A stretch of DNA of 64,000 nt from Octopus vulgaris (lineage: Eukaryota): the NCBI GenBank assembly GCA_951406725.2, contig OX597823.1, positions 89,838,001-89,902,000 on the forward strand, in the 5' to 3' direction. The notes below the pieces were generated by a model. It saw only the letters and a program-made list of their open reading frames with translations, ran no database searches and was not told the origin of the DNA. The position numbers were made by a program, and so were the translations under genes. Positions within the stretch are counted from its first letter, which is position 1, and the number at the start of each line of letters is the position of its first letter. This document shows, in pieces, positions 24,562 through 38,590 of the stretch.

Positions 24562-25757
24562 GATTTATTTGCATATTATATTTGAAATTTTACTTATATC
24601 TCTTTATCTTTTTACTTTTACTATTACTGTATATCTCATTTCATTTTATATATTGCCTTTACTCATATGTAATGGTGTATTAAAGTATGGATTGAGTATC
24701 ATCGGATAGTTGATGTTTTACTGATTTAAGTATGTTTCTCCATTCTCTAATTTTGTAGTATTAATTTACGGTAATATTATTACCTTTACCCATTTAATAC
24801 AATAGATGAACTGATTGCTTGACAATTTTTAACATCTATGTATTATTTTTGTTGGGTACCTATCTAGCAGTATATTGGATATATATTATCCCATGGTGGG
24901 TTGAATTTTCAACCCCTATCTCATTTTATAACCTATAATTATATATATATATTTATGAAATGATAAGAATTGCTCTCTGGATGTTGGGCTTTACAGAGGA
25001 AATGACAATGGACCAAGACGTCTGGCGAAGTGAGGGTCTTGAGAAGACCCACCCACATCAGTGAAACTGAGTTCTAGAAGCACTGTGTGCCCCACCCACA
25101 CTTAACAAGAAAACTTCTCACACACCCTACCACAACAAACCAAACTATATCTCCACCACATCTCTTCTCTTCCTTGCATCTCCACTTCATGCACTATGCT
25201 TACCTTCCACTCCCCAATCCTGTCCTCTTGGCTCTGTCTCACTGTATCACATCATTATTATCTGCTAGCCCCACCGACCTGTGTGTTCCACCCACAAATA
25301 AGAAAACTTTCCACATACCATACCCCAACAAACAAATCTACATCTCTTCTCTTCCTCACACTTCCTCCTTCATACAGTACGCCTACCTCTCACTCCACAA
25401 TCCTGTTCTCACAGCCCTGTTTCTCTGTATCATTGCTACCGGCACAACACACACACACACGCACACCCCACTCCTATATATACCTAGGTTTTCACCACTC
25501 CCTTCCCTACCCCTCCACACTCTCTAATCCTGTTCCTTTCGCAATATGCTGCCACTATTACAACCTTTGAACCTCAAGGGTACACCCTGGCTCTTGCCAC
25601 CATCTATAACTCTCTCTTCCTTTAACCATCCCATTTATATTCTGATTCCTAACCCTGTCCCTTGTGAGTATGCCCAGCACTTTGCCAACATCTCTATCCC
25701 GCTTTCTCCCACTCTCTCTCAGGTTGGGTAACTATGTATCTCCTGTTTCTGTCTTCA

Positions 25758-25792
<35 letters not shown>

Positions 25793-26261
25793 ACTCTCTC
25801 TCCCTCTGGCTGAGTAACCATGTACCTCCCTTACAGTAAGACACCTGTTTCTTTCTCTCTGTCTTTCTATAGCCTTTCATCACCTGACACAAGGTCACCT
25901 CCTCCAATACCCCCTCCCCTCACAAATGATTTTTGTCTTGCAAGTTACTTGGTGACCCGGTCAGTGCAGGTTCCACTTAAAAAGCATCCAACCCACATTG
26001 AAAAGTGGTTGGTGTTTAGAAGGGCATCCAGCTGTAAAAACCTTGCCAAAACTGACCTCACCGGTGCTTGTGCCACACAAAAGCACTAAGTCCACTCTGC
26101 TGAGTGGTTGGTGTTAGGAAGGGCAACCAGCAGTAAAAATCCCACCAAAACAGTTACAGAAGTTTGGTGCAGGCTTCTGCCTGGCTAGCTCCTGACAAAC
26201 TGTCCGACCTATGCCAGCATGGAAGGCAGACGTTAAACAATGATGATGATACAATAAACAT

Positions 26262-26650
26262 TTTTATTCTTTTATTTGTTTCAGTCATTTGACTGCAGCC
26301 ATGCTGGAGCACCACCTTTAGTTGAACAAATCGACCCCAGGACTTATTCTTTGTAAGCCTAGTACTTATTTTATTGGTCTCTTTTTGCTGAACTGCTAAG
26401 TTACAGGGGACATAAACACACCACCATCGGTTGCCAAGCGATGTTGGGGGGGGGGGCAAACGCAGACACACACACACATACATACATACATATATATATG
26501 TATGTATATATATGACAGGCTTCTTTCAGTTTCCATCTACCAAGTCCACTCACAAGGCTTTGGTCGGCCCGAGGCTATAGTTGAAGACACTTGCCCAAGG
26601 TGCCACACAGTGGGACTGAACCCAGACCCCTGTCGTTGGTAAGCAAGGTA
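26262..26650 (-). mobile_element. SINE family B
   Basis: Reverse-complement match to family B. Confidence 0.82.
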
Positions 26651-27479
26651 CACAGTTTTTAAGTTCAATTATAAAAACAATTTTACATTAATTTGAAGGC
26701 TTACTTGGTACTTTTGTAGAGTACAAATTTATTATTCTTTACGATGGATAGTATTGACAGTGATTGTGCAGCTTTGGCTAGCTAAGCCACTGTAAGCAGT
26801 CCAGTGATGGCTTAAGTGGGTGAAACTTCGAAGTCACTGTCAATAGGATTCTTATTAAAAGAATAATGTCAGAAACGTAGCAAGGAAATAAGATAGGAAT
26901 TTTTTTTTTCTTTTACTTTGGCCTATAACTACTAATCGAGGAGGAAGAGGAGGAGATATTCAGGATTGAATAGATTCTCAACATATTAATGGTACTTATT
27001 TATTTAATAATGCCAAAGAATAAAAGACCAAAAACAATATCCCAAAACAACAATAAAGAGAAAAAATAAAACAAAAGAAAAACTAGGACAAAAAGAAAGA
27101 AAGAAAGAAAGAAAGAAAGAGGAGCAGAGATAAACAATGAGAGAAAAATGCTACTCCATTGTTCTGAAAATATATTTATTATTATGACCTATGAATAACA
27201 ACAAAGTAAATTAAAGAAAACAAATAAATAAGAACGTTGACAGATATTCATGTAAATAATCTATTTACTCTTTGTTAGCTTTTATCTAATCAAAATACGC
27301 AGCCTTTTTGTTTCAACAAATTTAGAAAATAAAGAAGACTTTGGTAAAATAACTTTGTCATCATTGAGTTGGTGTTTGGAGAATAAATTAACAAGAACAT
27401 TTCATGGAAAAACTTTTTAGGATCACTTTGAAGCAAGAAGCTAATATCAGAAATTTAGGGGCAACCTCAGGGAGACTTC

Positions 27480-28120
27480 TTTTTCTTTTCTTCTTCTTCT
27501 TCTTCTTCTCATTCTCCTTCTTCTTCTTCTTCTTCTTCTTCGTCAATTCTCCTTCTTTTTCTTCTTCTTCTCATTCTCCTTCTTTTTCTTCTCCTTCTTC
27601 TTCGTCTCATTCTCCTTCTTTTTCTTCTCCTTCTTCTTTTTCTTCTACTTCTCATTCTCCTTTTTCTTCTTCTTCATCTCATTCTCCTTCTTCTTCTTCC
27701 CCTTCCTCCCTCTCTTTCCTCTCTCATCCTCTTTCCTTTCTTCTCCTGCATCTTTTTCTCCTCATTCTTTCCCTCCTCCTCCTCCTCCTTCAACCAGATG
27801 TATATGTGATACATCACACAATGCCGCACCAGGAATCCCAATCCCCCCATCTGCTTTGGTAGATCCTCCGTTTCATGCTGTGTCTGTCTATCAATAACAG
27901 TAACGTAGCTGAGTGTTCTTCGCCCTCTATTAGGTATTTGGAAGTTTCCAAACTTTAACCTCCAATATGGCTTGTCATTGAGCACAAAGGCAGTGGCCAT
28001 TGCCTTGCGCAATAAACAGAGATGAGTGGAATGTGTCCATAAATCTCCTCTTTGGTCTTGTGACTCATACCAAAAGATGCTTTGAGCCTGGACTATATGC
28101 TACATAACAGACATCATCAT
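27480..28120 (-). mobile_element. RTE-like LINE 3' fragment with expanded (GAA/GGA)n tail
   Basis: Degenerate C-terminal peptide PNRGRRTLSYV.VI....EDLPK.M followed by a purine-rich tail. Confidence 0.6.
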
Positions 28121-28246
28121 GTGCTACATACAAAACAGTTAAAATTTTCAGTTATAAACATTAAATTGGATTAAATTAAGCACTTTATAAATAGCAATCC
28201 AAAACAGACAAAAAGTATGCAAAACCACTTGTAAAACTTGGACTAG

Positions 28247-28402
28247 GTACAGGAGTAGCTGTGTGGTAAGTAGCTTGCTTACCAACCACATGTTTCCTGG
28301 TTCAGTCCCACTGCACCTTGGGCAAGTGTCTTCTATTATAGCCTCGGGCCAACCAAAGCCTTGTGAGTGGATTTGGTAGACGGAAACTGAAAGAAGCCAG
28401 TC

Positions 28403-28452
<50 letters not shown>

Positions 28453-28690
28453 GTGTATGTGTGTATGTGAGTGAGTGAGTGTGTGTGTGTATGTTTGTGT
28501 GTCTGTGTCTGTCCCCCCATTGCTTGACAACCGATGTTGGTGTGTTTACCTCCCCGTAACTCAGCAGTTCAGCAAAAGAGACCGATAAAGTAAGTACTAG
28601 GTTTGCAAAGAATAAGTCCTGGGGTCAATTTGTTCGACTAAAGGTGCATGGCCACAGTCAAATGACTGAAACAGATAAAAGAATAAAAGA
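28247..28690 (+). mobile_element. SINE family B
   Basis: A/B boxes, internal microsatellite, (AATAAAAG) tail. Confidence 0.85.
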
Positions 28691-29547
28691 ATATGCATCT
28701 GAAATAATCTAGATGACCATGCTAATCCTTGCAACATATCAACCAGATACACCTTTCCTACCCAACATAGCAACTAAAAAGTGTCAGTACACCAACTCCA
28801 GCATTCACCTCTATCTTCACTGACAAAAAGGGTCTCTGATATTTTGAAATGCTAAACTCTGGGCTGTATAAAGACCATAGAATGTTTTACAAAGTTGTCA
28901 TGCCTAAAATTCTCAATGTTACTCTCAGGCTGACAAAAGCCTTGTGAGTAGATTTGGTAAACGGAAACTGAAAGAAGCCTGGCATGTGTGTGTGTGTGTG
29001 TGCATGCACACATGTATGAGTGTGTGTGCGTGTGTCTGTCTGTCTGTGTTTGTCTCCACCACTGCTTGAGAACCGGTATTAGCTTGCTTACATGTCCATA
29101 GCTTAGCAGTTCAGCAAAACAAACCAATAGAATAACCACCAGATCTTAAAAAAACAGGTCCTGGAGTTGATTCATTCAACTAAAAAAATTCCTCAAGATG
29201 GTGCCACAGCATGGCCACAGTCTAATGACTTGAACAAGTAAAAGATAAAAGCTAAAAAAAGTATAGTAATATTAATAACGCATAATAAAGTGAGAATAGT
29301 TAAGAATTTCAATTATAAACAATAAATTAAATTGATGTAGATTCCTTATAAACACAAACATTTGTATTTACAAAGCATCTAATCTAATTTAATATTTATA
29401 TCTGTAATAATTTATATCAATAAAACGATTTTGATAGAATTTCCAGTTCAACAGACCTAATCCTATTTTCTGGAAGACGTGATATATCTGCAATCATTCA
29501 TACAAAAATGGAAAAAAACTGATGCTTTAAATTTTTCCTTCATTTAC

Positions 29548-29716
29548 CTGGTGGTCCCATTGCTGCCATGATTTGAATGTCCACAAGCCTCAGTGCTGAG
29601 ACATCTTTCAGATCATACCATTGCCAGTGATCTAACCACTGGCGAAGCAGCTCAATAGGAGGTTGGGCACCATATGTCTCTTTCATTGGCATGTTTAAAT
29701 CATCAATGAAAATAAT
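29548..29716 (-). CDS. DNAH7: Dynein heavy chain exon (AAA3 Walker B)
   Basis: AG/GT; [30 protein letters not shown]...AAMGPP. Confidence 0.95.
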
Positions 29717-31409
29717 CTGCAAAGAAAATAAGAGATTCTTTATTATTATCATTATTATTATTATTATTATTATGATTATCATTATTATTATTATTGAGGT
29801 AGCAAGCAGGCAGAATCATTAGCACACTGGATAAAATGCTTAGCAGCATTTTGCCTGTCTATATATTCAGAGTTCAAATTCTCCTGTGGTCGTCTTTGCT
29901 TTCATCCTTTTTGGGGGTCACTGAAATACGAACACACACACATAGATACATACATACATATATACATACACAATGTGCTTCTTTCGGTTTCTGTCAACAA
30001 AATCAACTCACAAGGCTTTGGTCAAACTAAGAACATGATTGGAAAGGACTAGCAATTTCAATGACTTCCAAGAACTGGCCGATTTGTCTGTTAAACATCC
30101 ATTTAAATATATATGTATATATATATATATGGAGGGTATATATATGGTGGATAGCTTCTATACTAGAAAAAACAATACAAAAAATAAACAAAACTGTGAT
30201 AATATCTGGCTTGTAATCCCCTACACCATGCACCTCAAATCAAATGTAGTTTGCTTATTAATAAAAATCATAGATAAACACCTAAACATTAAGAATAAAT
30301 ATGCAGAATTATTTTGGAATAAAATTAGAGTAGGCCACAGCCTGACCAATAACTTAGCTACAATCATAGCCTCAGTAAATAATAAAAAAACTAGACAAAT
30401 TCTATGAAACTAGAAAGATTGTGACCAATAAAAATAATAACCAACCAACTAATAGAATTAAACACACCACTAACGTAGCGCCTCCTACAAACTTAGATAT
30501 AGACCTGAACACTATTAGCCCCCCACAACATAACACGAATACAGATATGCCTAACAATTTATGTGGCTGCAGGGATAGAACAAAGTGCCTTTTCTCAAAT
30601 AGAAGCAAATAATGTAGCTTACCAATGTGACGGGCACACAAATAGCCAGATAAAATCATACATAAGCGCCACTAAAAACCAAATGATTCTTAGATATAAC
30701 ACACACCAATCTAACTTCAGAAATAGGAGTAAGGCTAACTCAACAGGGCTCAGTAGACATATTTGGGAACTTAAGGATAAAAAAATAGATTATAGATTAA
30801 ACTGGTGTATACTCGCAAAAACAACCTCATACAACACTGCCAATAGATGCTGTGATCTCTGTTTATCAGAACGCCTAGCTATCCTAATGGCTAAACAATC
30901 CCTCATCAATAGGAAATTCTACAAATTCATCAATAGGACACTCTACAAATCTCACACTAGCATATTCATCTATACAAGTCTAATTAACTGGGAACCACCT
31001 TAAACACTTACACATAACCAGTCACCCACCAACCCCACTCGACCTCCACATTCCATAATAATTTACTTTGCACCTACATAGGGCCCCTTTTATCACTATG
31101 GACTTCCTAAACTTTAGCCATAATATAACTTTAAACCACCCTCCCTAGTGTAAATAATCCAGTTTGAGTTAGCTCCCTTCTCACCTTAAGTTAGAATTAT
31201 CCCCCTTCACTTACACCACTAGTGACTAAAACTCACTGCTGATTAAAACCAATTTAATACACATATGTGCAAAAGATGTGCTCAGTCAAACTCAGGATTC
31301 CACACCAAAATAATATACACCCCACTCTAATTGCCAAATGGAACCATACACTAACCAATCTACTACAATGAAATACACTCCCCAGTGAAAGAATCAACTT
31401 AAGAACATA

Positions 31410-31743
31410 TTGGAAGCACTCCGTCGGTTACGACGACGAGGGTTCCGGTTGATCCGATCAACGGAACAGCCTGCTTGTGAAATTAACGTGTAAGTGGCTG
31501 AGCACGCCACAGACACGTGCACCCTTAACGTAGTTCTCGGGGATATTCAGCGTGACACAGAGAGTGACAAGGCCGGCCCTTTGAAATACAGGTACAACAG
31601 AAATAGGAAGTAAGAGTGAGAGAAAGTTGTGGTGAAAGAGTACAGCAGGGGTCACCACCACCCCCTGCCGGAGCCTCGTGGAGCATTAGGTGTTTTCGCT
31701 CAATAAACACTCACAACGCCTGGTCTGGGAATCGAAACCGCGA
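31410..31743 (-). mobile_element. 5'-truncated tRNA-derived SINE family E nested in the Penelope-like element
   Basis: B-box GGTTTCGATTCCC; perfect 11-bp TSD TTAAGAACATA at 31399-31409 and 31744-31754; CpGs retained. Confidence 0.85.
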
Positions 31744-31818
31744 TTAAGAACATAATATAATGTAAGACTAACAAATTTTGACTCTATTACCATTATGAAA
31801 TGTATCAATCTATTTTTC

Positions 31819-31869
31819 GCATTCTGAAGATATTTACTAAAACTAGTAAATTGAAACGATTGTAAATGC
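31819..31869 (+). ncRNA. Minimal type I hammerhead ribozyme
   Basis: GCATT-CTGAAGA-T-ATTTACTA(AAAC)TAGTAAAT-T-GAAAC-GATT-GTA-AATGC. Confidence 0.75.
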
Positions 31870-31962
31870 TACCTTCTTTGTTAACTAATTAAATTAAAGA
31901 CATACCAGTGAAAACGACAAGTTTCCCCTTGCTATTTACATCAGTTTTCTTATATATATACA

Positions 31963-32009
<47 letters not shown>

Positions 32010-32127
32010 GGGAATATAATTCAAAACTTACAAGGAAAAATTCAATTTAGCAATTCTAAATCAAATTTCATAAAATATACGTATATAATTTAAGGAAAAA
32101 CCTCTATTATAGTGTGTGTGTGTGTGC

Positions 32128-32186
<59 letters not shown>

Positions 32187-32483
32187 TATGTATGTATATA
32201 TACCATGGTCTTGTTTCAGTTTCTTTCATATACACATATGTATGTGTGTATGTCATTATGTATGTATTTATCCCCCACCAAGGCTTGACAACCAGTGTTA
32301 GTTTGTGTATGTCCCTATGACTTAGTGGTTTGGCAAAAGAGACTGAGAGAATAAGTACCAGGCTTTAAAAAAAAAAGTACTGGGGTCAATTCATTTGATT
32401 AAAAATCCTTCAAAGTGGTGCCCCAGCATGGCTGCAGTCCAATGACTGAAACAAGTAAGACATAAAAGAGACATGATACATAC

Positions 32484-32639
32484 CATTTTTTTGCCAAGCT
32501 GAGGACCAAAGACACCTTTTCTTCTTTTATCTAATTTGGACATAATCATGTTCTGTGTTTGGTTAGCCGTTGTCTGAGCGGAAAAGTTGATGATATTTGG
32601 TTTGTAGACATTTTTATCCAATGTCTTGAGTAAGAAATT
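32484..32639 (-). CDS. DNAH7: Dynein heavy chain exon (AAA3)
   Basis: AG/GT; [52 protein letters not shown]. Confidence 0.95.
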
Positions 32640-35249
32640 CTGGAAGATATTGACAAAAAAGTGTCTTACCTTAGGAACAACATTAAGGTTAGGTATCTCA
32701 ACCTTTTCTTTGTAAAAGTTAATAAACATGTACTCTATTAAAAAGTGTTGAGCAAGCCTTCAGTCTGATGTTAAACAGTATTTACATATAACTTGATATA
32801 AAAACATTTACATATATATATACACATATACACACATGTGTACATATTCACACAAACACACTTCTTTTATAGGCTGGATGGCTGGAAGTATAAAATTTCT
32901 AAGTTTCAATCCAGTTTAGAGATATAACTAAATTACTTGCTGTTTTGTCCTCCTAGTCAACTCTGGTGAAATGACCCTCTGAAGGAACTCTAGCCATGAA
33001 CATCTAGTCTGCTTAGGGGTATCTAGGACTATTTTATCTAAATGTGCCGTTTCTGTTTTAAGGGAAAGTATTGGTTGCTATTTCTATTAGGTCCATCCAT
33101 CAAAATAAGGTTTAGTCTCTTATCTGATTAACACATTAAGAAACAAAGCTAAGTGCTGGCTTGTCTGATATGACCACAAAAGAATGGTGATAATTATGAT
33201 AATAAATGGCAAACTCATGAGTTTACAGTTCAGAAGATCATCACTGACTTAATGTCCACTTTCAATGCTAGCATGGGTCAGATGGAATTTGTCAGGGCAG
33301 ATCTTTTATAGCTGAATGCTTTTTCTCTTGCCAATTCTAACCTGTTTGTAAGTGCAGTGATGTTTCCCTTTATCCAGACATATTTTCATGGAAGAGACTA
33401 GAAATTAATGATACTGCTTGCATGACAATGGAACTACCTTGCAACTATTGCATGATGGCCAGGCATGGATACACTCACACGCGCACATGCACGTGCACAT
33501 ATATATATATATATATATATATTTATAAAATGGAATTTTTCCAACTTCTATCCACCAAATCCACTCATAAGGCTTTGATTGGCCTGGGGTTATAGTAAAA
33601 GGCCACACAGTGGATGGCTCTTTGAAAGTATGTGGTTGGAAAGTGACCATCTTAACACACATAGTTATGCTTGTGCCTATTAAACGATGCCTGGACCTTT
33701 ATGATTCAATGATTTCACTTAGTAACGGTAAGTCATCATACACAAGAAAATACGCTCAATTCTTGTTTGCAGCTTATGAATGGAACATGGAAACTAAAAG
33801 AAGCCTGTCACATAACCTGTCATGTGTGTGTGTGTGTGTGTGTGTGTATGCACTTACATGTCTTCAAAGACATGCTCTGCAAGAGGAAATGACATGGCAA
33901 TCATTTTCCCTATCAACATGTTGTCTTCTGGTTTTGCATCATCAAAGACATGCAGAAACTAAAATCCCTTGTTTGAAAAACCAGTCAAGGTTAGTGACAA
34001 GAAGGACATCTGGCTGTATAAGAAAACCTCAAAAATATGTACATCTAACTCATACTAGCATAGAAAAAACAAATGTAAAAACAAATGAAATGAATAAACA
34101 ACAATTTTCTTTCAATGATATCAGAGTTCAATCATTAAAAACAGGACAGAGAACTGGAAAACAAAAAATGGAGAATTTTGGATATTTTTACCAAATAAAA
34201 ATGGGAAATTTAAAATGCTTAAAATATATATAATTTTGTTGCACTGCATAAATCATAAATGCATTATTATTCATTAATGTTGTTCATTAGTCTTTTTGTT
34301 TTTGTATTTTAGCTTTAATCAGATTTGTTTGTTTTTATGATCTTGTTATTAGAATTCCCTCTCATTTCTGAACTAATAAAAAATATGATAAAAGGTTTTA
34401 AAATGTAAAGTTTAATTTACAGATGATGAAAAAGGCTAAGTGTGGCTTCAAGTGAGGATAACAAAGACAATTGTGAACAGTTCAATATGAAACCAGATGA
34501 AATTAACTGCAGATCAATGTGAGGTTAACAAAGGAAGGAGTTAAGTGCAGCTCAGTGTTGGTATGATAAAAGAGGCTGAGTGCAACCGTCCTTTGAGAGG
34601 TTAATGAAATAACTGAGTGCAGTTTAAAGTGAGAGTGATAACAAAACTGAACTATAATCATGCAGTAACACACAACCCATAAAAATAATCAAATTCTTAA
34701 TATTGTTGTTTAGTCTTTGGTCAGCACTGATTGAGCAGGTTTATGATCAAAGACATTCCAACCGTGACCATCCCATTATTTTTATATATCTAAGACTAAG
34801 ATGTCCAGTGTCTCCCTCTTTTTCCATAATTGTAGGGTATGATCTGAAGGATATTTGGTTGCTATTTTTAGCAAATCATGCAACCATGTAATGGATCAGT
34901 GTTGTAAACTGTATTGTTGATTACTCCCAGGACAACTCTGATTGAACAAAATTATCAAAACCATGCTTGCCATGACCATCCCATCTTTTATTTTTGAGTA
35001 TAATCTAAGGCTAGCCAATTTGTCCTTCCCTTTTTCAAGATGACAGGATATGTTCTGAGTGAGATTCGATTGCTATTTCTAGTCGGTCAGTTGACCACGA
35101 AGAAGCTTTCCTTGCATGGGAGTTATGAACACTTTTCTATTTTTAGATTTTTGATGTGGGCTTGTACCTTGATACCCTACACAGTCACGGAGTTCCCAAA
35201 TGCCACTGCTGTCCTTAACAATAAAGTGAGGCAAAATTAGACAAAATTC

Positions 35250-35430
35250 CTTGTGGAATTTTTTCCAGGTCTTTACGTTTTACATTCAAATCCCTCTGAG
35301 GTCAACTTTGTGATTCATCTTTCCATTATCAATAAAATAAAGTGCCAGTCAAGTACTGAGGTCAATGTATTTGACTAACCCATCCCCTCAAAATTGCAGA
35401 TCTTAGCACCAAAATTTGAAACCATTACTA

Positions 35431-35485
<55 letters not shown>

Positions 35486-35722
35486 GATTATTATTAAGGC
35501 AGCAAGCTGGTAGAATTGTTAGCACACTGAGCAAAATGCTTAGCGACATTTCATCCATCTTTATGTTCTGAGTTCAAATTCTGCCAAGGTTGACTTTGCC
35601 TTTCATCCTTTCGGGCTCCATAAATTAAATACCAGTGAAACACAGGTACTAGTCCTCTCCCCCAAAATTTCAAACCTTGTGTCTATAGCAGAAAGGATTA
35701 TTATTATTATTATTATTATTAT

Positions 35723-35757
<35 letters not shown>

Positions 35758-35971
35758 TGGTGGTGAGCAGGCAGAATTGTTTGCATGTCAAACGAAATGC
35801 GTAGCAGCATTTCGCCCATCTTTACATTCTGTGTTCAAATTCCGCTGAGGTCGACTTTGCCTTTCATCTTTTCAGGGTTGATGAAATAAATACCAGTTGA
35901 GCTCTGGGGTTGATGAATTTAACTACCACCCCACCTCTAAAATTTCAGGCCTTGTGCATGTAGTAGAAAGG

Positions 35972-36021
<50 letters not shown>

Positions 36022-36640
36022 CTTGTTCAACATTTGGTAGTTTGAGGCAAATTTCTACTGCATCATCTGCTACATCTCCATACTGTTGGGGGTGTGTGGC
36101 ACTTTGGATTCTTTTTTGTTGTTGAGAGGGCACAAACTCATCCTGGCATTGTTATTACTATTATTATTATTATTACTATTATCATTATTATTAAACCAGC
36201 AAGCTGGCAGAACCATTACCAAGCTGAAAAAACTGCTTAGCAGCATTTCTTCCAGCTTAATATTCTGAGTTCAAATGCTGCCAAGGTTGACTTTGCTTTT
36301 CATCCTTTAGGGGACAATAAAATAAGTGCCAGTTGAGCACTGGTGTCGATGCAATCAGCTGACCCCTTCCCATGAACATTGCTAGCAAGTGCCAAAATTT
36401 GAAACCATTATTATTATTATGAAGACAGGAGGTGGCAAAATTGTTAGCACACTAAACTAAATGCTTAGAAATATTTCTTGCAGCTCTTTACATTCTGAGT
36501 TCAAATACTGCTTCGTCTACTTAGCCTTTCGTCTTTTCAAGATCAACAAAATAATATACCAGTAAAATACTGGGGTCAATGTAATTGACTTGCTCCCTCC
36601 CCTCAAAACTGCTGGCTTCGATGTAAAAACTGAAACCATT
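35250..36640 (+). mobile_element. Cluster of about five SINE family A-like copies separated by (TTA)n/(TAG)n tails
   Basis: Repeated GAGTTCAAAT..GACTTTGCCTTTCATCCTTT units, all in the same orientation. Confidence 0.75.
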
Positions 36641-36829
36641 ATTATTCTTAAAATAATAATATTAATAATAATAATAATAATAATCACCATCATTATCATG
36701 GCCCACATCATTATCATCAAACAACTAAAACATGAGAAATGATTTGTGACAGATTTTTTACTAAGAGCAAAAATTGAAAAAAGTAAAAGTGACAAAGGAA
36801 AAAACAAAATGAAAACAAAAGCAACTTAC

Positions 36830-37027
36830 AGAAATGTAACTACTTTTGCCAGTTCCAGTGGGACCCACAAAGAGGACTGGTTTAGCATGCAAAACTAACA
36901 TATTCATCAAAGCAGTGTACCTTACAGTGTCCACAGTGGGAACAATGATTTCGTTGAACTGGGCATCTTTAGCGATTGGCGGTGCATCTTTGATCTCTTC
37001 AGACCAAGAAACCCACTTGCCAGCACC
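36830..37027 (-). CDS. DNAH7: Dynein heavy chain exon (AAA3 P-loop)
   Basis: AG/GT; ...[11 protein letters not shown]...[16 protein letters not shown]. Confidence 0.95.
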
Positions 37028-37107
37028 CTGAAACAAGAATATATAATTTTTTTTCAATAACTAAAAAAAGATCTGGCTTTTGCTGCTGCTGCTATTATTA
37101 TTATTAC

Positions 37108-37505
37108 TCTACTCTTTTACTTGTTTCAGTCATTTGACTGCGGCCATGCTAGAGCACCACCTTTAGTCGAGCAAATCGACCCCGGGACTTATTCTTTGTA
37201 AGCCCAGTACTTATTCTATCGGTCTCTTTTTGCCGAACCGCTAAGTGACGGGGACGTAAGCACACCAGCATCGGTTGTCAAGCAATGCTAGGGGTACAAA
37301 CACAGACACACAAACACACACACATACATATATATATACACATATATACAACAGGCTTCTTTCAGTTTCCGTCTACCAAATCCACTCACAAGGCATTGGT
37401 CGGCCCGGGGCTATAGCAGAAGACACTTGCCCAAGATGCCACGCAGTGGGACTCAATCCGGAACCATGTGGTTGGTTAGCAAGCTACTTACCACACAGCC
37501 ACTCC
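37108..37505 (-). mobile_element. SINE family B, young copy
   Basis: Full length, CpG-rich. Confidence 0.85.
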
Positions 37506-37544
37506 TATTATTATTATTATTATTATTTTCAAACATTGGGTTTC

Positions 37545-38140
37545 ACCAAGGCGATGACAAGTGACTGAGACCTTTGGAGAAGACCCAGCAAGCCAAGTGA
37601 GACTGTAACTGTGGCCTATTCCAGTACAGCATAACCAGCTCATTTAAGAGTACCCTTCAATCATCAGGCAATAAACTGCGCTTGCGAAAACCTGTTGAGG
37701 AAAGTGAAGTCATTGTCGTGGTCGATGACAGTACCGCCTGATTGGCACTCATGCTGGTGGCACGTAAAAAGCACCATTCGAACTTGGTCGATGCCAGTGC
37801 TGCCTAACTGGTCCCGTGCTGGTGGCACGTAAAAAGCACCATTTGAGCATGGTCATTGCCAGTGCTGCGTGACTGTCTCCTGTGCTGGTGGCATGTTAAA
37901 AGCACCATCCAAGCATGCTGATGTCAGTACTGCCTGACTGGCCTTCATGCCAGTGGCACATAAAAAGCACCCACTACACGCTCAAAGTGATTCGTGTTAG
38001 GAAGGGGCTTCTGGCTGTAGAAACATTGCCAGATCGGATTGGAGCCTGGTACTGCCTTCTAGCTCGCCAGCCCAGTCAAACCGTCCAACCCATGCCAACA
38101 TGGAAAGTGGACATTAAACGATGACGACGATGATGATGAT
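37545..38140 (+). mobile_element. Retroposon family C with about four internal ~60-bp tandem units
   Basis: Repeated GCTGGTGGCACGTAAAAAGCACCAT; (GAT)n tail. Confidence 0.8.
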
Positions 38141-38590
38141 GGTTGATAAGGCAGAGAGCTGGCAGAAATGTTAGCTCACAGGTTAAAGTGCTTAAAAGCA
38201 TTGAATCCATCTTTATGTTCTGAGTTCAAATTCTGCCGAGGTCGATTTTGCTTTTCATCCTTTCAAGGTCAGTAAAATAAGCACCAGTTGAAGACAGTTG
38301 TCAATGTAATCAACTCACCCCTCCCCCAAAATTGATGGCCTTGTGCCAAAATTTGAAACCATTATTATTGTCGTTTAACCCCAGGTTGAAACTGACTGAA
38401 CAGGACATCATCATCATCACTGTTGCCGTTGTTGTTGTCATTCTAATACCCATTCTTCCATGCTTGCATTGGTCAGATAGAATCCACAGAGACAGGTTTT
38501 CTACAGTAGAATGCTCTTCCTGACACCAACCCTCATCTGTTTCCCATCAACAACTGGCCCAGACATAGTTATATAAAGCAAGACTCTTAC

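Larger units (their letters stand above)
23211..24761. repeat. ~1.55 kb near-perfect spacerless palindrome
   Basis: Centre ...CGAAATAACTA|TAGTTATTTCG at 23989/23990; the arm differences I could see are (TAA)n length and a 2-nt indel. Confidence 0.95.
30130..31930 (+). mobile_element. Penelope-like element 3' portion (GIY-YIG endonuclease plus terminal repeat)
   Basis: ORF 30563-31003: NVAYQC..YI..T....RY..H..F...STGLSRHIWELK..W.IL....Y....RCCDLCLSE; hammerhead downstream; boundaries approximate. Confidence 0.8.
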
